A stretch of DNA of 10,370 bases from an uncultured archaeon (GTDB lineage Archaea > Asgardarchaeota > Thorarchaeia > Thorarchaeales > Thorarchaeaceae), in NCBI GenBank assembly GCA_964473825.1, contig CAYYQL010000061.1, positions 1 through 10,370 of the forward strand. Reading direction: 5' to 3'. This document shows, in pieces, positions 6,763-10,370 of the stretch (positions are counted from its first letter, which is position 1; each line of letters starts with the position of its first letter). The translations under genes were made by a program, and so were the position numbers. The notes under the pieces were generated by a model that saw nothing but the letters and a program-made list of their open reading frames with translations, did not search any database and had not been told where the DNA came from.

Positions 6763-7899
6763 ATGATTCCCATAGCTCGCCCCATCATCGGCCAACCAGA
6801 GATTGATGCCGTCCTTGAGGTTCTCAAGACGGGCTTTCTTGCTGAAGGTAAAGTATCAAGAGAGTTCGAGAAAGAGTTCTCTCACTACATTGGAACAGAA
6901 TATGCAACAGTTGCCACAAACGGCACAGTTGCACTGAGTACTGCCCTGGACGCTTTAGGGATTGAGCCGGGTGACGAGGTTATCACGTCCCCATTCACTT
7001 TCATTGCATCAGCTAACACCATTGCTATGATGGGCGCAGTCCCTGTCTTTGTAGACATAGACCCTAACACATACAACATATCTCCGGATGCAATTGAGGC
7101 CGCCATTACTGAGAAGACCCGTGCAATCATGCCCGTTCATATTTTTGGTATGCCTGCTGAGATGAAACGGATAATGGAGATTGCAACGCGTCATGACTTG
7201 CTAGTTATCGAGGATGCTTGTCAGGCACACGGCGCAGAGATTGATGGCAGAAAGGTGGGTTCATTTGGCCACATCTCCGCCTTCTCGTTCTATGCCACGA
7301 AGAACATGATGACAGGCGAAGGAGGCATGATTACTACTGATGATGAAGAGGTCTACGACCGTTGCTTGATGATAAAGAATCATGGTCGGGGTAAGAAGGG
7401 CGGCTATAGCCATTATCGGATCGGTTTCAACAATCGAATGATGGACCTTGTATCGGCGATTGGAAGAGAGCAGTTGAAGCGTCTGCCAGAAGTTGTGAAA
7501 GCCCGCAGAGAGAACGCCGCTTTCTATGACAGACTATTCGGCGAATTCGATTCTGTCACTCCCCAAGAAGAGCTTGATGGATTCAAGTCTTCTTTCCATG
7601 TATATGCTCCCCGTCTCCGTCACGACGATATCGACCGTGATGAAATGGTCGAGCTTCTGAAGAAACACGAGGTTGGTTCGCGTTCGGTATATGCCCTACC
7701 CTGTCACAAACAAGGTACTTACCTAAATATCGACGATTGGCGCTGGGCTGAGTTTGTTGACTACCCTGACTACTCGAAGGCGAGTCTACCAGTCTCAGAA
7801 GAGATAGGAAACACGCATTTTGAAGTGCCCGTACATCCTGGGGTAACGCGTTCTGACCGAGAGCACATCGCCCATGCAGTCAATGAGATATTGGGCTAG
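6763..7899 (+). CDS. DegT/DnrJ/EryC1/StrS family PLP-dependent sugar aminotransferase
   Basis: 'MIPIARP', 'NGTVAL', 'GDEVITSPFTFIASAN', 'IEDACQAHGA', PLP-lysine motif 'FSFYATKNMMTGEGG'. GGTGA at 6753-6757 favours ATG 6763 (or 6760) over GTG 6754. Confidence 0.93.
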   Translation: MIPIARPIIGQPEIDAVLEVLKTGFLAEGKVSREFEKEFSHYIGTEYATVATNGTVALSTALDALGIEPGDEVITSPFTFIASANTIAMMGAVPVFVDIDPNTYNISPDAIEAAITEKTRAIMPVHIFGMPAEMKRIMEIATRHDLLVIEDACQAHGAEIDGRKVGSFGHISAFSFYATKNMMTGEGGMITTDDEEVYDRCLMIKNHGRGKKGGYSHYRIGFNNRMMDLVSAIGREQLKRLPEVVKARRENAAFYDRLFGEFDSVTPQEELDGFKSSFHVYAPRLRHDDIDRDEMVELLKKHEVGSRSVYALPCHKQGTYLNIDDWRWAEFVDYPDYSKASLPVSEEIGNTHFEVPVHPGVTRSDREHIAHAVNEILG

Positions 7900-8549
7900 C
7901 CTCGCTCAAAATGCCGAAGAATCGAGCGAAGGTCTTTCGACCGGATTGTGATATCGGCGGCCTCCTCGACTCTCTTCGACTTGGGATTGAATGCGATACT
8001 GAAGGCTGAAACGCCGAACATATCGATATCATTCTCGCCATCACCTACACTCGCAAGCTTGGCTGGAGAAATGCTCTCGTCCTCTAGGTATCTGAGCACC
8101 GATTCCGCCTTCTGTTCCCCCAACATGACGTATTCGACCTTTCCATTGTGCTTACCATTCTCTTGCCCTAAGATGTTGGAGTAGGCGAAATCTAGGTCCA
8201 ATCGTTTCTTGAAGGGTTCCATGAAGAACTGACTGGCACCACTTGAGATGCATCCGACTCTGTATCCTCCCTCTTTGAGAGTAGCCACGGTTTCCTCTGC
8301 TCCTTCCATCAAGGGAAGGTTCTCGACGAGTGGGTCCAATGTGCCGTCAACAGGAACGCCTATCCAGATCTTGGCTCCCTTCGTTATGGTCTGTTCCAGC
8401 CTATACTGCTTCTCAGCAGACTCCCTGAAGATGCTGAAGAATCTCTCTGCGAGACCGAGCTGAGTTGCGAGTGGTTGCACTGCACTTGGGCCATCGAACA
8501 GCACGCCATCCAAATCTAGGGCTATAACTTCGATGTTTCTGCTTACCAT
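7896..8549 (-). CDS. HAD-superfamily phosphatase, phosphoserine phosphatase (SerB)-like
   Basis: Motif I 'ALDLDGVL', motif II 'ISSG', motif III K, motif IV 'VGDGENDIDMF', 'IAFNP'. The start is ATG 8549 or TTG 8558, which overlaps the upstream stop. Confidence 0.85.
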   Translation of the reverse strand: MVSRNIEVIALDLDGVLFDGPSAVQPLATQLGLAERFFSIFRESAEKQYRLEQTITKGAKIWIGVPVDGTLDPLVENLPLMEGAEETVATLKEGGYRVGCISSGASQFFMEPFKKRLDLDFAYSNILGQENGKHNGKVEYVMLGEQKAESVLRYLEDESISPAKLASVGDGENDIDMFGVSAFSIAFNPKSKRVEEAADITIRSKDLRSILRHFERG

Positions 8550-8554
8550 CTCTA

Positions 8555-8926
8555 TCAACCGACCATTCTATCTGGTGGACGTGCCTGCAATGACCGCCTC
8601 TGAATGGTGTTGCCCAATATTCCTCCGAGGATTGCAATTGCAGCCATCAGCAAGGCTGCGACCCCAATAGCTACGAAATCCGCTTGCTGGCCAGACAGAT
8701 TCGATGTTAGCATAAATAGAGGGATGTATGCAAGAATAGCTCCGATTGACGATCCTGCTACTGCATCTTCTAGCTTTACTAGGAGATAACCCACAACTGC
8801 ACCTGCCACAAACGGTGTTACGAACCAGAGGATAGAGTAGAGCCCGACATTGAGGAGAACACCAGCCATAATCAACGCAAGAAGCCTGGCGACTCGCACC
8901 CTCTTTCCTCTATCTTCTGCCACCAT
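8555..8926 (-). CDS. Small Gly/Ala-rich membrane protein (~4 transmembrane segments), unknown function
   Basis: 123 aa, hydrophobic, 'PFVAGAVVGY'; GAGGTG RBS; TTATAA box at ~8961-8966; abuts the HAD gene. Confidence 0.7.
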   Translation of the reverse strand: MVAEDRGKRVRVARLLALIMAGVLLNVGLYSILWFVTPFVAGAVVGYLLVKLEDAVAGSSIGAILAYIPLFMLTSNLSGQQADFVAIGVAALLMAAIAILGGILGNTIQRRSLQARPPDRMVG

Positions 8927-9071
8927 GTCATATCACACCTCTCTGTCGCATATCTACTGGTTATAATAATGCCTGATTCCGAACGGGTCTCTCTTCTGAT
9001 GGTATGTATTAATATGTGAAGTCTGCTTCAGTTTGAGCTATATACTCTGTGTATGTGGAGTGGCATGAACA

Positions 9072-9194
9072 ATGAACACAGAAGAAGAGTCAACAGGTCA
9101 GAAGATTAAGCGCAATCTATCCTTCAAGATTGGGAAACCAAGGAACCCCTTTAAGAAGAACCCGTACAAGAAAAAAGACGATTCCGGTGATTAG
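9072..9194 (+). CDS. Small lysine-rich protein, 40 aa (MNTEEESTGQKIKRNLSFKIGKPRNPFKKNPYKKKDDSGD)
   Basis: ATG 9072 to TAG 9194, GGAGTG RBS at 9057-9062, AT-rich TATA-like elements upstream, purine-rich coding-like composition. It is below the ORF-track size cutoff. Confidence 0.6.
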   Translation: MNTEEESTGQKIKRNLSFKIGKPRNPFKKNPYKKKDDSGD

Positions 9195-9293
9195 GTGACA
9201 TCTGGTCGAACTGACCTTGGGTAGCCGGTTTCTCAAGGATGCAATTTGCCGCCTGACGGTTTTCTTATTATGATATGTCTAGTTGATGCAGAT

Positions 9294-10211
9294 ATGATGG
9301 ATGGCTCCAGCCAGAAAACAACACGCATCTCAACAGACGGGTATAGCCTGCTGAAATCGGTCCACGCATGGATATTTCCCGACATTCAGCCTGTCCCAGA
9401 ACGCACTGGTCCTGACTCCCTCTGGCGTATCTTCACATCTGATGCCATCAATTTTCCCGCTCGCATTCAACAGAACTCTGCAAACGAGGGATTAGTGATC
9501 ACTCATCCCAGAGAGGCTTCAGTCGCATTGACAGAGCAAAAGATTAGGACCGTCTTAGGTCTTGAAGTAGACACTGAGAGTGCAATTCATGAGATTCGTC
9601 AAGACGATGTGCTCAAGAAGTATGCTGATAATCTGCAATTCATTCGTCCTTATCAAACCGACACTGTCTTCGAGTCAATCATCAAGTCGATCATCCAACA
9701 ACAGATATCCTTCAGAGCTGCGAATTCCATCACAAAGCGGTTGATTCTCGCCACTCAGAAGACTCTTACATGGAAAGGATGTGGCTTTTTCGGGTTTCCT
9801 AAGTTCGACTCTATTCTGAATCTGGGTCTGGAAGGATTAAGAGGACTGGGGCTTGGCCACAAGGCCGAGTATATCTTTGACATCTGCAAGCTCATCGATA
9901 AGGCGGCCCTTTCTCCTGAGAGTCTGCGACAGGAATCATATTCTTCTGTAGCTTCGATACTGGGTGAAATACGTGGAATCGGACCATGGACAATAAACGC
10001 CGTTGCTATCTCAGGATTAGGTCTCTATGAGGTGTTTCCTTATTCGGACCTGGGTATCATGAATATAGTCGGGAGGTTGACTCGTGGCGGTCAGCGAGCA
10101 TCTATCGAGCAGGTCATCAAGTTCAAGAACCGATTCGGTGACCATGGTGACCTTGTTCTGTACTTGCTGATGTGTGGAGAAGTTCTTGGCATACTAGACA
10201 AGAAATCGTGA
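9294..10211 (+). CDS. alkA: HhH-GPD DNA glycosylase, 3-methyladenine DNA glycosylase (AlkA)-like
   Basis: 'FESIIKSIIQQQISFRAA..I..RL', 'FP', 'LRGLGLG.KAEYI', HhH motif 'L..IRGIGPWT' and catalytic 'FPYSDLG'. A TATA-like CTTATTAT at ~9264-9271 suggests a leaderless start at ATG 9294 rather than TTG 9246. Confidence 0.82.
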   Translation: MMDGSSQKTTRISTDGYSLLKSVHAWIFPDIQPVPERTGPDSLWRIFTSDAINFPARIQQNSANEGLVITHPREASVALTEQKIRTVLGLEVDTESAIHEIRQDDVLKKYADNLQFIRPYQTDTVFESIIKSIIQQQISFRAANSITKRLILATQKTLTWKGCGFFGFPKFDSILNLGLEGLRGLGLGHKAEYIFDICKLIDKAALSPESLRQESYSSVASILGEIRGIGPWTINAVAISGLGLYEVFPYSDLGIMNIVGRLTRGGQRASIEQVIKFKNRFGDHGDLVLYLLMCGEVLGILDKKS

Positions 10212-10273
10212 AGTTTCTTGAAAATGCATAAAAGCAGGGATTAGGATGCAGAAGCAAAGCACGGTGAGCCCCT

Positions 10274-10370
10274 TTGTCAACCGAAGAACTGAAGAATAGC
10301 AAGATCTGGCGTATCCGGTCCATGCTGCTGAAGGAGCTTCGACTCATTCAGAACGACCGTTTCGCTCTGC
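10274..10370 (+). CDS. ABC-2 type transporter permease, N-terminal fragment
   Basis: TTG start with a GGTGA RBS at 10263-10267. MSTEELKNSKIWRIRSMLLKELRLIQNDRFAL fits the 'RI.a...KE.r...rDr..l' N-terminus of ABC-2 permeases, and the frame runs off the window. Confidence 0.65.
   Translation, partial: MSTEELKNSKIWRIRSMLLKELRLIQNDRFAL

Noticed and set aside
46-8789. Numerous antisense or overlapping ORFs in the track (e.g. 46-351, 79-414, 355-666, 5627-6034, 6451-6795, 8413-8637)
   Set aside because: They are shadows of well-supported genes and have no motifs.
6055-9030. Short inverted repeats GAAGT-N4-ACTTC (6055-6068) and TGAAG-N4-CTTCA (9017-9030) in divergent promoter regions
   Set aside because: The arms are only 5 bp and the spacing of the shared core differs, so they cannot be distinguished from chance.
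1-10370. CRISPR array, tRNA/rRNA genes, transposases
   Set aside because: I saw no regularly spaced direct repeats, cloverleaf/T-loop motifs or transposase motifs.

Overview
Gene-dense archaeal window. TATA-like boxes, GGTGA/GGAGG ribosome-binding sites and the gene content suggest an Asgard (Thorarchaeia-like) genome, which is an inference only. In order it encodes: a DedA/VTT membrane protein; a CpXC zinc-binding protein; a myo-inositol-1-phosphate-synthase-family protein with a remodelled active site; a ~680-bp non-coding gap; a minus-strand operon (SCP2 lipid-binding protein, FAD-linked oxidase, CCG-domain Fe-S protein); a DUF2085-like membrane protein; a DegT-family aminotransferase; a SerB-like HAD phosphatase with a small membrane protein; an unlisted 40-aa basic ORF; an AlkA-like glycosylase; and the start of an ABC-2 permease. 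The standout signal is the gap. From about 2459 to 2972 the + strand folds by eye into a near-continuous series of helices. G-U pairs favour the + strand, there is a promoter-like element just upstream, and it matches no RNA family I recognise. It is a candidate large (240-510 nt) undescribed archaeal structured ncRNA. All structures were paired by hand; no folding or database search was run.
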